From positions 38,084,935-38,148,934 of the forward strand of contig NC_068996.1 in NCBI RefSeq assembly GCF_001194135.2: a stretch of 64,000 bases of DNA, given 5' to 3'. The position numbers were made by a program, and so were the translations under genes. The notes beneath the pieces are model-generated. The model had not been told where the DNA came from. It made no database searches and saw only the letters and a program-made list of their open reading frames with translations. This stretch comes from Octopus bimaculoides (Eukaryota). This document shows positions 41,701 through 52,222 of the stretch, piece after piece. How positions within the stretch are numbered: position 1 is the first letter of the stretch; every line of letters starts with the position of its first letter.

Positions 41701-43224
41701 TAGTTCTTACATCATAGTTCTTGTAAAAGCAAAATATGTATATTTAATACATTTTAGATATTTTTTCTCTTCATTTTGAAAATTTACGTTTATTGTGGCT
41801 TTCTTTTTTTTCTCTGCACATTCAGATGGTTAAAACAAGAACAAGAGATGGAGAAAATGTCCAAAGATTTAAGTAGTGCCCCAAAACTTGACCTCAGTCT
41901 AAAAGAAGGGCAAACTATGAAATTAAATATTGGTGTAAGTTGCTAAAAACAGATTTTTTTTTTTAATGCTAAGTATGTCTTAATCTGAATCACTTAGCAA
42001 GAAAAATGTTTTGCTTCAATATTTGCATATATTATCTTTTGCACATGTCAGTAAGAGAGTGAGTGATAAATGAAGTGATAGCCTCAATTATCCACCTCTT
42101 TAGCTGTGAATGCTTTTCAAAAAGAGAACTGAAATCAGATACAAAAATTTCCATATAATATGCCAAACAAGAATTTCATAACCAAGTAAATTAATGAATT
42201 ATTACATATAAAATATTACATTTTTTTCAAATTCCAGTAGTAAACCTGATAGTTAATAGATATAATAAATATGTTTGTTAATTATTTAAAATTTTAATGG
42301 TAATAACAATAATTTCTTTGGTTTGGTACCTGCTACAAAGTATATGTAAAGAGGATAGTAAAAACAAAAATGTTGGTGGAATTCAGAGATCTCTTATTTC
42401 TGTGAATTATTGATCATCAAGATAACAATGCTAACCGTGCCAATAAGAGAATGGGTGTATGCTTGTGTGATTGTGAGACTGAACCCGGAACTATGTGGTT
42501 GAGACTGAACCTGGAACCATGTGATTGGGAAGCAAGCTTTTTATCACACGGCCACTGCTGTACCTATATGCATATTTATACCATCATCATTTAATATCCA
42601 TGTTCCTTGCTGGCATGGGTTGGATGGTTTGACCAGGATCAGGTGGATCGAAGGTCTGTTTCATACCCCAGTGTCTGCTTTGGTATAGTTCCTATAACTG
42701 GATGCCCTTTCTAATGCCAACTACTTTACAGTATGTACTGGGTGCTTTTCTTCTGCCATCGGCACTAGTGAGGTCGCCATGCAGCTCACAAACATATAAA
42801 ATTCCAGGAACAGGGATTTATGCTAGCAGATGAGGGTTGAAGTTTGAGAGATGGTGGTGGGGCAGTGCAGGTTCTTGTAGGGTGTGTGTGTGTGTGTGTG
42901 TGGCCTGCATTACCATCAGTTACAACGATGAGTGTTTGAGTTGATATGATCAACTGAACAACCTGCTTGAGAAATTAACATGCATGTGGCTGAGCACTCC
43001 ACAGACACACATACTCTTCATTGTAGTTCTCAGGGAGATTCAGCATGACACAGAATGCGAAATGGCGGCCCTTTTGAATTACAGGTACAACCCATTTTTG
43101 CCAGCTGAGTGGTCTGGAGCAACGAAAAATAAAGTGTCTTGCTCAAGGACACAATGCACCACTTGGAATCAAACTCATGACCTTGTGGTCTTGAGCTGTA
43201 TATCCAAATCACTAAGCCACACTC

Positions 43225-43273
<49 letters not shown>

Positions 43274-45125
43274 TACAACGACACTCGCAGCATACGTATG
43301 ACGCCTAAAGGACGATCATACATCCTTTAACATTAGGTGGAAATTATTAGAAACTTGTGGACCCTATCGCAATGGAACAAAGCTATGTAAATTATGTATG
43401 ACAGAAAGATATATCATCCTAATGAATTCACATGAGCCAGGAAGCTACCTGAACTCCAGGAGGGAAGCTGTGGGGAGTTGTCCATATTTTCGGAAATTTT
43501 TGCTTCCAAATTGGAAAACCTAGCTATCAAGCGAAGGGAGATAACTCGCCCGGCCGTAAATTTTAACAGTAATTTTCCTTCAACTATCACCGGCGTTCAT
43601 GTGTTTTTAAAAACATCTTTTGCAAAAAACAAACATTGTTTAGAAAAACTGATATGTCTCATTCACTCTAGATATGAAACCAATGGTATTTCTCTAAATT
43701 TATTACGTTACACACACATATGCATAATTGGGCTACATTAAGTTTCCATCGACCAAATCCACTCGTCAGCCCAGAACTACAGTAAAAAAAACACTTACCC
43801 AAGGTGTCACACAGTGGGACTGAACCCAGAACCGTGTAATTTGCAAGAAAGAAATACTTTTCTAAGCCGCTCTGTTTCCTTTACGAAAACTATTTCTCTT
43901 CTTACTGGATAATTTTCTTCAACAAAAATCATTCTTTCATTTCAACGTGATAATCTAATTTTCATTGATCCAAGGCTGGGTAACTTAGCTAGTATGTACA
44001 TAACATGGTTTTGGGTTCTGTTCCAGTGCATAGCACCTTGGGTATGTCCCCTCTACTTTAATCTGGGGCCAGCCAAGGCCCTGTGAGTGGATTTGGTGGG
44101 CAGAGACTGGTGGGGGACAAACACAAAAACACACAGAAACACGTGTATGTATGTATGTGTGTGTTTGTTCCCTACCACTGCTTAACACCCAGTGTTGGTT
44201 TATTTACATCCCCTAATTTTGTAGTTTAGCAAAAGAGACCAATAGAATAAATAGCAGACTTAAAAAGTAAGTACTGGGGTCCATTTGTTTAATTAGATCC
44301 TTCTAGGCAGTGCCCCAGTATGGCCTCAATCCTATGACTGAAACAAGTAAAAAATGAAATATATTGCTATATTTTCAAGCTTTCTTTTTCTAGTATGTTA
44401 TTTAGGATATATAGCTATTTATGATTAGATGACTTTTCATTTTTCATGTAAATTTGTTTAAAGTGAAAATAAATTTGTGAATAATCCTTTTATTCTTGAT
44501 TTAGGTAAAGCGCAATGAAAGTGGGACGAAACAACGATCAAAAGGACCTGGTACTGCCGGAGGATTACTCCCTCCTCCACCAGGTCCTAATATCAAAATA
44601 ATGCCTTCCTCTGGTAGCCAACAAATTTCAAGCTCAACAAATCATACAAAAGCAACAGCCATTCAAGGAAGTCATGAAAACATTCCAAATAATAAGCCAT
44701 CATCAGTAACTGCCATTGAAGATTTGTTGTGTGATTTGGGCACAAACAACAAATTTGCAACAGATGCATCTACCAGCAGAACTGATTCATCTAATAAAAT
44801 TATATCTCCTTTATATAATGCGTCTGGTGCAAGTAATAACACACTTGTAGATTCTAGCTGGGGTGACTTTACCAGGTATGTAAAAATTGTTTATTTCAAG
44901 TATATGTCTTGTGTAAAATATTTAAATCCTTAAACATTATCGTCATGTGGTAGATTTCTATGTATGTGCATTGTGTATTTTTTTGTGTTTATTTTGCATA
45001 TTTTAGCTAAATAACATACTTTATTATAGAAAAACTTGTACATTTATGAATCTTTCTGTAATTATAAATATTCTGTTTTGTTTTCCAGTTCACACAGTTC
45101 TGCCAGCAATTGGGTTCAGTTTTGA
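10292..45125 (+). CDS. NECAP: NECAP gene model (adaptin ear-binding coat-associated protein), join(10292..10380,29687..29787,33372..33473,34544..34625,41826..41934,44505..44875,45089..45125), 296 aa
   Basis: Seven GT-AG exons with compatible phases (2,1,1,2,0,2) sum to 891 nt. Translation has the PHear domain, [29 protein letters not shown] and C-terminal WVQF motifs typical of NECAP1/2. Confidence 0.96.
12092..12490 (+). mobile_element. SINE family A
   Basis: Full copy incl. CORE-like GCACCTTGGGCAAGTGTCTT. Confidence 0.82.
12515..12900 (-). mobile_element. SINE family A (tail-to-tail with preceding copy)
   Basis: Reverse complement of family A. Confidence 0.75.
13344..13632. mobile_element. 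Fold-back element, HHR family 2 (hairpin 13412-13632, ~12-nt loop, left-only tail)
   Basis: About 100-bp imperfect stem readable directly; HHR motif on each arm. Confidence 0.8.
13450..13507 (-). ncRNA. Type I hammerhead ribozyme, intact core
   Basis: GAUAA-CUGACGA-GAUG..CAUC-U-GAAA-CUC-G-GAG-UC/UUAUU; canonical GUC site. Confidence 0.72.
16224..16766. mobile_element. Fold-back tRNA-headed HHR element (family 3), head-to-head, with flanking direct repeat
   Basis: Symmetry axis in palindrome GCCCATGGGC (16520-16529); each arm is tRNA-like A/B-box head + (AAT)n + HHR; AATGTACTGATGTTTAAT repeated at 16206-16223 and 16761-16778. Confidence 0.85.
16664..16709 (+). ncRNA. Minimal type I hammerhead (family 3), weakened stem III
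   Basis: GAUAC-CUGAAGA-A-GGCUG..CAGCC-GAAAC-AUU/GUGUU; partner on minus strand at 16322-16367 is more decayed. Confidence 0.6.
16900..17190 (+). mobile_element. R4/Dong-like non-LTR retrotransposon 3' end (restriction-like endonuclease tail)
   Basis: [42 protein letters not shown] across frameshifts. Confidence 0.65.
18095..18505 (+). mobile_element. R4/Dong-like RT C-terminal fragment
   Basis: [56 protein letters not shown]. Confidence 0.72.
20465..20690 (+). mobile_element. Short copy of RTE 3' end (other copies ~10690, 14570, 23778, 31722, 42582, 53941 on minus)
   Basis: Matches 40000-40180 (..CCAACCCATGCTAGCATGG..CGTTAAA + (GAT)n). Confidence 0.75.
21474..21518 (-). ncRNA. Degenerate hammerhead (family 4)
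   Basis: GGACCA-CUGAUGA-GGUCAC..GUGACC-AAAG-AA-CUC/UGGCC; G12 of GAAA missing. Confidence 0.45.
22171..23366 (-). mobile_element. Tc1-like DNA transposon, frameshifted transposase
   Basis: TIRs CACGACAGAAGTAAATAGAC (22171-22190) and GTCTATTTACTTCTGTCATG (23347-23366); [32 protein letters not shown] motifs. Confidence 0.88.
24250..24654. mobile_element. Long-arm fold-back element (144-bp inverted arms) with central decayed HHR (family 5)
   Basis: 24250-24393 and 24511-24654 are near-identical reverse complements; right end runs into a gap. Confidence 0.85.
24429..24473 (-). ncRNA. Decayed hammerhead in spacer of fold-back
   Basis: CUGCA-UUGACAA-GGGG-CAACA-CCCU-GAAA-CUAG-U-CUAG-UC/UGCAG; all three stems present, two core transitions from CUGACGA. 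Confidence 0.6.
24900..25330 (-). mobile_element. LINE 3' coding remnant (CR1/L2-group-like)
   Basis: [19 protein letters not shown] resembles a LINE ORF2 C-terminal motif; heavily decayed. Confidence 0.45.
26400..28000 (+). mobile_element. Copia-like LTR retrotransposon pol remnant
   Basis: Decayed integrase tail ([22 protein letters not shown]) upstream of RNase H-like [31 protein letters not shown]; integrase-before-RT order. Confidence 0.55.
29687..29787 (+). CDS. NECAP: NECAP exon 2 ([33 protein letters not shown])
   Basis: Polypyrimidine tract and TAG acceptor at 29686, donor GTGTCA at 29788; 101 nt; PHear motif [16 protein letters not shown]. Confidence 0.95.
32255..33118 (-). mobile_element. 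Two SINE family A copies (~32255-32620, ~32752-33118)
   Basis: Reverse complement matches; further copies near 1740, 5555, 15790, 19040, 28990, 43990, 48875, 52670, 54110, 59185, 62795. Confidence 0.75.
33372..33473 (+). CDS. NECAP: NECAP exon 3 ([34 protein letters not shown])
   Basis: TTAG acceptor, GTAAGG donor; [10 protein letters not shown] motif. Confidence 0.95.
34544..34625 (+). CDS. NECAP: NECAP exon 4 ([28 protein letters not shown])
   Basis: TTTCAG acceptor, GTAAGT donor; 82 nt; [25 protein letters not shown] motif. Confidence 0.95.
34690..34898. mobile_element. piggyBac-like MITE
   Basis: TTAA flanks, CCCTTT termini; related to 50059-50276 and the 47.7-48.35 kb trimer. Confidence 0.65.
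35286..35467. mobile_element. Palindromic MITE with TA TSD
   Basis: TA|TTTAAAGGTAGAGAAATAA...TTATTTCTCTACCTTTCAA|TA, ~70-bp inverted arms. Confidence 0.8.
38424..40180 (+). mobile_element. 5'-truncated RTE-clade LINE nested in the Gypsy pol
   Basis: [50 protein letters not shown]; ends in (GAT)n tail; AAA duplication at junctions. Confidence 0.9.
39767..40022 (+). repeat. Four tandem ~64-bp units in RTE 3' UTR
   Basis: Repeated GCC..CTGCCTGACTGG..GTGGCACATAAAAAGCACCATTCGAGTGTGGTCG. Confidence 0.8.
41826..41934 (+). CDS. NECAP: NECAP exon 5 ([36 protein letters not shown])
   Basis: TTCAG acceptor, GTAAGT donor; LDLxxKEGQTxKLNIG motif. Confidence 0.94.
43275..43740 (+). mobile_element. Penelope-like element 3' fragment: GIY-YIG C-terminus plus 3' region with HHR remnant
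   Basis: [69 protein letters not shown]; CxxC pattern of PLE endonuclease tails; HHR remnant at 43642-43693. Confidence 0.75.
44505..44875 (+). CDS. NECAP: NECAP exon 6 (VKRNESG...GGLLPPPPG...SSWGDFT)
   Basis: TTTAG acceptor, AG|GTATGT donor; open in phase; contains the ORF-track segment from 44601. Confidence 0.92.
45089..45125 (+). CDS. NECAP: NECAP exon 7 ([12 protein letters not shown]-stop)
   Basis: TTTTCCAG acceptor; terminal WVQF is the established AP-2 alpha-ear binding motif of NECAPs; TGA at 45123-45125. Confidence 0.94.
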
Positions 45126-47100
45126 ACAAGACCTCCTCTTAATTGATATAACGATTGGAGCTGTTCACCGACCTTATGTTTTTATATAAAAACAACAAAT
45201 ATTAATTGGAAATTATTGTTTTTCAATTAATTATTTGTTAATATTTTTAAAATCTTTGTTAAAGTTCTTTATTTATCTCTTCACAATCATCTTATCTCCC
45301 TACCCTTTGTTTTACCTTTCCCTCCCTCTTTAAATACTATCCATTTTATTTCAAACGTAATTTTCATTTTTAATGTTTTAAATTTTGATTCATTATGAAA
45401 CATTACAATTAAATTTATCTACAGTATTAAGCCATTGAACCATTAGATCCATATAGCTATATTTGTAATTGTTTGTAAAAATCTAAAATAGCTATCTAGT
45501 TCTATACTATTGCAAATTGGTTAATTGCTTCAATTCAGAACTAAATTGGCTCTAAATATTTATGCAGAACATTTTCTCAAAGAGCAGCCTTTCCTTCCTT
45601 CATTGAGCACATGTTCTCTGACTACAGTTAAATTTTTAATTAATCAGTTGATTTTAAATAAATATTTCATGAAAGGATATTATTGTAGTTGCTGATTGAT
45701 AATTTGTTGAGAATGGTTATATTCATAGTTTACATACATACACACACATGCACACGCACATCTCTTCATACATAAACAAAATGAATATATACAGATATGT
45801 ACAAATGGACTTAAACTTTATGAAGCTTGATACTTTTATAATATTTTGCTTTAGTTATGTATTTATGTAAAGAATTTATTAATGAAATATAATACATATC
45901 TAAACCACACAAGCTTTTTAAATGGATTTTTAAAATGTTTGCCAAAATTTAACAGAAAGTACCCTATAAAACTTTTATTATATTTCTTGAATACTTAATA
46001 AAAAACGAAAGAGTCCTATGTATGCAAACTCTTTTTATTCTTTGAAAATGATTATTTTTTTTATAATTAACAAAATATCCAGCAATAAATAAGGCTTGTA
46101 TTATCATATATTGTTTAATTATTGAAAATTTGTGTATTCTTTTCTCAAAGTAAGTGAATCATAACTAAATTTTCTTTTCGTTTATCTTTCTTGGTTTCCT
46201 AACTTTATATACAAGCCTTTAGAAATATAGCAATTTTTTAATATAGGAGCCAAAATTTGTAAGATGTTTTCAAAACATTATTTTAAAAAAGCTAAATTTA
46301 ATTCTGAAAACCACTGAAACCACCTGTACATCTCCTATAAATTAAAATAAATCTACTTGATTTTATAGATTAATTTTTAATTGCTGAATAATGGAGAAAT
46401 GTTCTTCTTCAACTGAGATAATTAAATTGAATATCTATTAATGATTGATATAAATTTGTTGCTTCTAAACTAAATCTGTATGCTTGTAAATTGCCATTCA
46501 ATTATCTAAGTTTAAACAATAATAATCCTTTTATATTTTTTTTAACCCTTGGTTACATTTGAAAATTTGACTGTTAGGCATTGTGTGGAACATTTTAAAC
46601 TAAGAATTAGGATGCACAAAGCTTAAAGTATAATTTATTTGAAAGAGCCAACAAGATTAACAAGTATACAAGTGTCTTCACTTGTCACAATGTAATTATC
46701 ATTTCTGAGATAACGGCATATTATTCATAATTAGGATGAAATTAAAATAATATATTTTCTAGATCTGAACATATTTTTTTTAAAAATTCAATAAACATTT
46801 TTATTTTTTTATACAGTTTTATAACATAACTCATAATAGATTAGCTAAAAACGACCTAAACGAATTAGATCTTTCATCAGTCACATTGTTGTTTTAATAT
46901 TTACATTTTTTCTTCCTTTGTTTTATTTTCTACTTCTAATTTTATCAGTCTTAAAGTAATACTGAAATGTCTTACTGTGAAAACAAACTCAAAATTATAA
47001 GATATCTATTATATAAAAATATGTGTAAGTATTTGTAAAAAAAAAAGATCATTGCTTGTTAATAAACAAGTGTAAATGTCATTTCCTGCTTCATATCTGC
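45126..47100 (+). other. Probable long NECAP 3' UTR
   Basis: About 2.5 kb of AT-rich sequence free of the SINEs that saturate the introns; AATAAA at 45997, 46790 and 47061. True end unknown. Confidence 0.45.
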
Positions 47101-47707
47101 TCAGCTGCATACTTGGATGTGAGCACATATGATTTAAGCATGCATTTTAAGTTTCAAAGCTTTTCATCACACCAGCCGTAGGTTGTGAACAATAAGTAAG
47201 AATATGCTAGTTAACTTCTTTTGTCATCCTTAATACTTTACTATAATCCACATTCTTAGATTACATTATTGTACCAAGGTGTGACAGCTGTTACTGCTAC
47301 CACTTTTTTATTGCTTCATGGAAAAATTGGTGTTGAAATTATAGCAACAATATTACTATTTGTATATTTTTTGCATTAAATATTAAGGCAGTTATTATTT
47401 AACTGCATTTTCTACTCATCTTTTTTAATAAATCCTATGACTTATAGATATATTTTTCAAAGCTATTTATTTTATATCTTTTTCATTTTTATGTTTATGT
47501 TTTGAACTTATCAGTAAAATTTATGCATTTAGAAAAGACAGATGTCATATTTTAAGGAGACAGTTGTCAGAAGAATTCTTAACTAAGAATAAGCTACTTT
47601 CTTTTGCATTTGTCTGTCTGAAGAATCTCCACATTTTATAGCCTGGTGATTACTGAAAATGCAAGATGTAAATGAATGGTTTGAGAATACTTTTAACATT
47701 TAAATAA

Positions 47708-48352
47708 ACCATATCTGGCCCAAATATTCTACCTTTCTTATGTTCAAAATGGCTAAATCCACCCTCTCGCATATACCTTACAATGTCATTCTTAAAATAA
47801 GCAATCACATCGTTGAAATCTCAAAGCTCTGAGATAAGCCATGATTTATTCAAAACAATGTGAATATAATAAGCATTGCATTTGACAGAAATCTGAATGC
47901 TAAAGAGTTAAACCAACCATATCTAGCTCAGGTATTTTACCTTTTTTATGTTCAAACTGGCCAACTGTAGCTCCTCACACCTAGCCTGCAATATCATTCT
48001 AAAAATAAACAATCACATCATTGAAATCTCAAAGCTATGAGATAAGCCATGATTTATTTAAAACCATGTGAATAAATAAGCATTACATTTAACAGAGTAA
48101 GCTAAATGCTAAAGTATTAAACCAGCCATATCTAGCCAAAATACTCTGGCTATGTCCAGCCCAGATATTCTACTTTTTTTTTTTATGTTCAAACTGACCG
48201 ACTCTTGCTTCTCATTCCTACCCTACAATATCATTCTTAAAATAAGCAATTACATCATTGAAATCTGAAGGTTATGAGCTAATACAGGTTTAATTTTAAA
48301 AAGTGTGAATAAATAAGCATTACATTTGACATAATAATGTGAATGCTAAAGT
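47708..48352 (+). repeat. Three head-to-tail ~205-bp copies of the piggyBac-like MITE
   Basis: Units start ACCATATCT(G/A)GC and end AATGCTAAAG..TTAA at ~47911, 48120, 48352. Confidence 0.8.
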
Positions 48353-49464
48353 AAAAGAGGAGTATGGTAAGATCAGATTTGGCAGCAAATTCATTCAACT
48401 CACAATGTGGATAGGTGTCACCTGGATCTATATATTACAATAACTGAGTTAATATTGCAGGAAGTTTGGGGCAGGTCTTTACAAAAATATACAGGGGGTG
48501 GGGTGGGGGTGAAACTTCATTGCTTAATCTGCCAAGTAACAAGAGGAAATGTTTCAATCATACTGGAAGAAGAATTACCATTCCTCCTCCCACTACTACC
48601 AAAAAAAAGCTAATGTACCAACCCTAACCCTCACCTTATCTAGTATTTAGAAGCTGCAACCAATGGATAATGTAAAAGATGCATAAGGTTCTTGAGGGAT
48701 TTGATAAAGAGCCAAAACTTCAAATGTGCTAAATGGATGGTGATAACAATCCTCTTAGTATTCAGTCCATGACTTTCTTAAATGGCTCACTTGGCATGGT
48801 TGATATTTGCTGTAAATTAGTTCTTAAGTTAACTATAATAGAAAAAATATGCATGAAATAAGGTAGAAGAAATTTAACTATTTAGGTGCAGTCTTTGCTT
48901 CCCAACCATCTGGTTTCAGGTTCAGTCCTGCTGCACAAAACCTATAACCCCTAGTCAACCAAAGCCTTGTGAGTGGATTTGGTAGAGAAACTGAAAGAAG
49001 CTCATTCTCTGTGTGTGTCTTTGTAATATCTTTGTCCCCCACCATGGCTTGACAAATTATGTTGGTTTGTTTACATCCCCACAATTTAGGGGTCCAGCGA
49101 ACAAAAAGGACCAATAGAATGAGCGCTAAGTTTAGGGAAAAAAAGATTAAGTACTTGAGTCGATTCATTCTGCTAAACCCTTCAAGGTGGTGCCCCAGCA
49201 TAACCACAGTCCAATGACTGAAACAAGTAAAAGATAACTATCGCTGATAGTAAAGTGTTCCACTTTCTATGCAAAGGCAGAACATATGGATCATGACGAA
49301 AAAAAGTGTAGTGCTGTATGACAGATATAAACATTGAATGCAGATCAATGAAAGCCAGTGCTTGAAAGAAATAATGCAAGCATAATTCGTTAGGTATCTA
49401 ATATATACCTGTAGGCAAGGCAGAGCACAACTGGAAAAAGTTGGTAATTGATCATTAAGTATAT

Positions 49465-49870
49465 TGTGGAGGCTTAGTGGTTAGGGTGTTGGACTCGAGA
49501 TTGTAAGATTCTGGTTTCGATTCCTGGATTGGGTGATGTGTTGTGCTCTTGAGCAAATCATTTCAATTCATGTTGCTCCAGTCCATTCATCTTGGTAAAA
49601 ATGAGTAATCCTGTGATAGACTGGTGTCCTGTCCAGTGGGGAAATATATGTGCCACAGAAACCAGGATACTGACCAAAAGTGGAGGTGTGTGGCTTAATG
49701 GTTATGTTGTTGGACTCATAATCATAAGATTGTGGTTTCTATTCCTAGAATGAGTGATGTGTTGTGCTCTTGAGTAAAACACTTCCTTTTGTGTTGTTGC
49801 AGTCCGTTCAGAAGGTAAAAATGAGTAAACCTTATGATGGACTGGTGTCCCATCCAGGGAGGAATATATA
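49465..49870 (+). mobile_element. Two tandem copies of tRNA/CORE-like SINE family C (another at ~42945-43230 minus)
   Basis: GGCTTAGTGGTTAGG A box, GGTTTCGATTCC B box, GTGTTGTGCTCTTGAGCAA core. Confidence 0.7.
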
Positions 49871-50058
49871 CAATGTGGACTAGCTATAACCAACAGTTTT
49901 TATCAGTCAAAGTGTGTGGCAGAAATAACTGTACTGGTATAGATAATGGGTAATGAGAAGACAAAAGTTGTTTTGTGCTCTTACTAGAATCAATGATGGT
50001 AGAGAAAGAAATGATGAGATCAAATTATGGGATGATGGGCTTCAAAGCTGAAGTTTAA

Positions 50059-50276
50059 CCCTTTAGCATTCAGATTACTCTCTCAAATGTTATATTTATT
50101 TACTCATATTGTTGTGAATCAATCATGTATTATCTCATAGCTTTGAGATTTCAGTGAAGTGATTGTTAAGTTTTTAGAATGACATTGAGGGTATGTGTGA
50201 GTGGCTGGATCTGGTCAGTTTGAACATAAAACGGAGAATATTGGGGCTGGATTTGGCCAGTTTGAATGCTAGAAGC
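50059..50276. mobile_element. piggyBac-like MITE
   Basis: TTAA|CCCTTTAGCATTC...GAATGCTAGAAGC|TTAA. Confidence 0.75.
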
Positions 50277-50399
50277 TTAAAAAAGAAGCTTGATATGCTG
50301 CATATCAAAAAAGAGAAAACTGATGTTTAAACACTGAAGATTCTACAAGTATCAATGTCTTGAATAAAGGGATTCAGTGCTAGATGTTCATTCATTTGA

Positions 50400-51620
50400 A
50401 GTACCATGCTCATTTTTTTCTTTTCACTTCTTGAGCTTGAAAGAAGAGGCAGTGCCCAAGGCCATTTTTAAACTCTCCAATACTAGTGAGTTTAATGCTA
50501 TTAATGTTCTATTTAATCTGTGGGAAAGCTGAAATGGAACATGCAGGACAGACTTAGGGAGGGAGAAGATTCCAAAGTGATGATGTTCTGGAGGGTAAGG
50601 ACTGGGCACAGTGGTTGTGTGGTGCTATTATGGAATGACAGCTGGGGAGACAACTGGGTTAGAAGTGTCTGAAAGTAAGTTTCATATATCAGTCCATTAT
50701 AATAGTGATAGAAAAGACAGTGACTGGAGGGAAAGAGAACATGTCTGTTAGCTGGAGTGTGTGTGTCCATTTGTAACTAAATGCTAATCAGTCAAGTTGC
50801 CCTCTTTCTCTGAACGCAGTCCGGCATGTCTGTAGCAGCAGTACCATTCCAGAAGTTGGATCTGTACTTTGTGGATTTCATTTGAGTCTTGTAGAATGTT
50901 GAAATCTGTTGTGAGAACTGAAATATTTTCTGACTCTAAAGAGAAGAACAAGTTTAAGGGATGTATTCCTAGCTATGTTAAGGATATGCTTTCACCAGAA
51001 GTCCTTAGTGATAGTGAGGCCTAGCATTTGGAACAACAATGAGGAATCTAGATAGGAGCCACCTGTGTTAAGGGTAATATGTAGTGCAGTTTTTTTTTTC
51101 TCTGTTAAGAGACACTTCAACAAAGCCCTACTGGAGAATGTGTTCAATATCGTTGTTCATGGATCCAGTGCAGGTTTGGTGTATGGCTGGTGAAATAGGA
51201 ATGAAGGATATTTGCATAAGAATGTATATTGTTGAACATGTTGGTAAGCAGGTCATTGAAGTAAAGAACAAAGAGAACAAGGAAAAAAGCCAAATTTTGG
51301 GAAACACCAAACATTGAAATTTAGGTAGAAAGTGCTTCATAAACACATCACATGCTGTGATGGTGCAATCTGATTACAAGCTATTGGTCCAAGAGATGAA
51401 AGATGGGTGGAGCCATTAGACAGGAAGTTTTGATCAAATGTTTGAATATGACTTTGCTGATGTCGAGGGCAACATTCTTTGCACTGAACTTCTTTAAAGC
51501 AAGAGCCCACTTGTGAGTGATACAAGGGAGTAGATCTCCAGTGGGCCCGGCTCTGTGGAAGCCATACTGATCATCATCACTGAGGAGAGAGGGATTTAAG
51601 ATGCTGGTGAACTTCAGTGT
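50400..51620 (-). mobile_element. CR1/Jockey-group LINE RT remnant
   Basis: GFHRAGPTGDLL, VALDISK, GVSQ..LFVLYFNDLL..IHSYA motifs across frameshifts. Confidence 0.6.
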
Positions 51621-51819
51621 TAATGACTGTCTCTGTTACTTGATTCTCATACAAGCTCACATATTATCAGTACTTGGTATGTGTTTATAAGCATTCCTAG
51701 CATAGCAGTGACTTTTAAGACTAGTTATTTGCAACTTTCATCATATTAAAACAAAGCAACTGATAAATCCCAAATTAACGATGCTAATCGTTAATTAACT
51801 CCTTGGACAGCCTAGGATA

Positions 51820-52222
51820 TGAGGTTTGATCAATAAGTATCTGGACTGTTGCCATAGTAACGAAGCTAAAGCACACAGAGTGAAGTCATTTGGCACAGAT
51901 TAACCTTGGGCTCTGCTGAGCATGTGCACTAAGTTTTAACATTCTAGCTCATTTCTGCTGTTTACAGCAATGCCTGGAAGGAAAATGTGTAGCATATGAT
52001 CGTCACATTGACCATGACAGAAAGTTGTCATGGTAATACCTGCTCAGAGGCCTTTGCAAAGTTGCAGAAAGTGTATGGAGAGGAGTGTATGAAATGCACA
52101 AGTGGTGTACAAGTGGTTCAGACATTTCCAAGATGGCCAAAAAAAATAATGTCAATAGTGACGAACGTTCTGGGAGACCGGCAACCAGCAGAACTGAGAA
52201 AAACATTGCAGCTGTGAGGGAA
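51820..52222 (+). mobile_element. mariner 5' fragment (TIR + HTH)
   Basis: TA|TGAGGTTTGATCAATAAGTATCTGGACTG terminus; KLQKVYGEECM..KWFRHFQDG..SDERSGRPATS. Confidence 0.75.
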
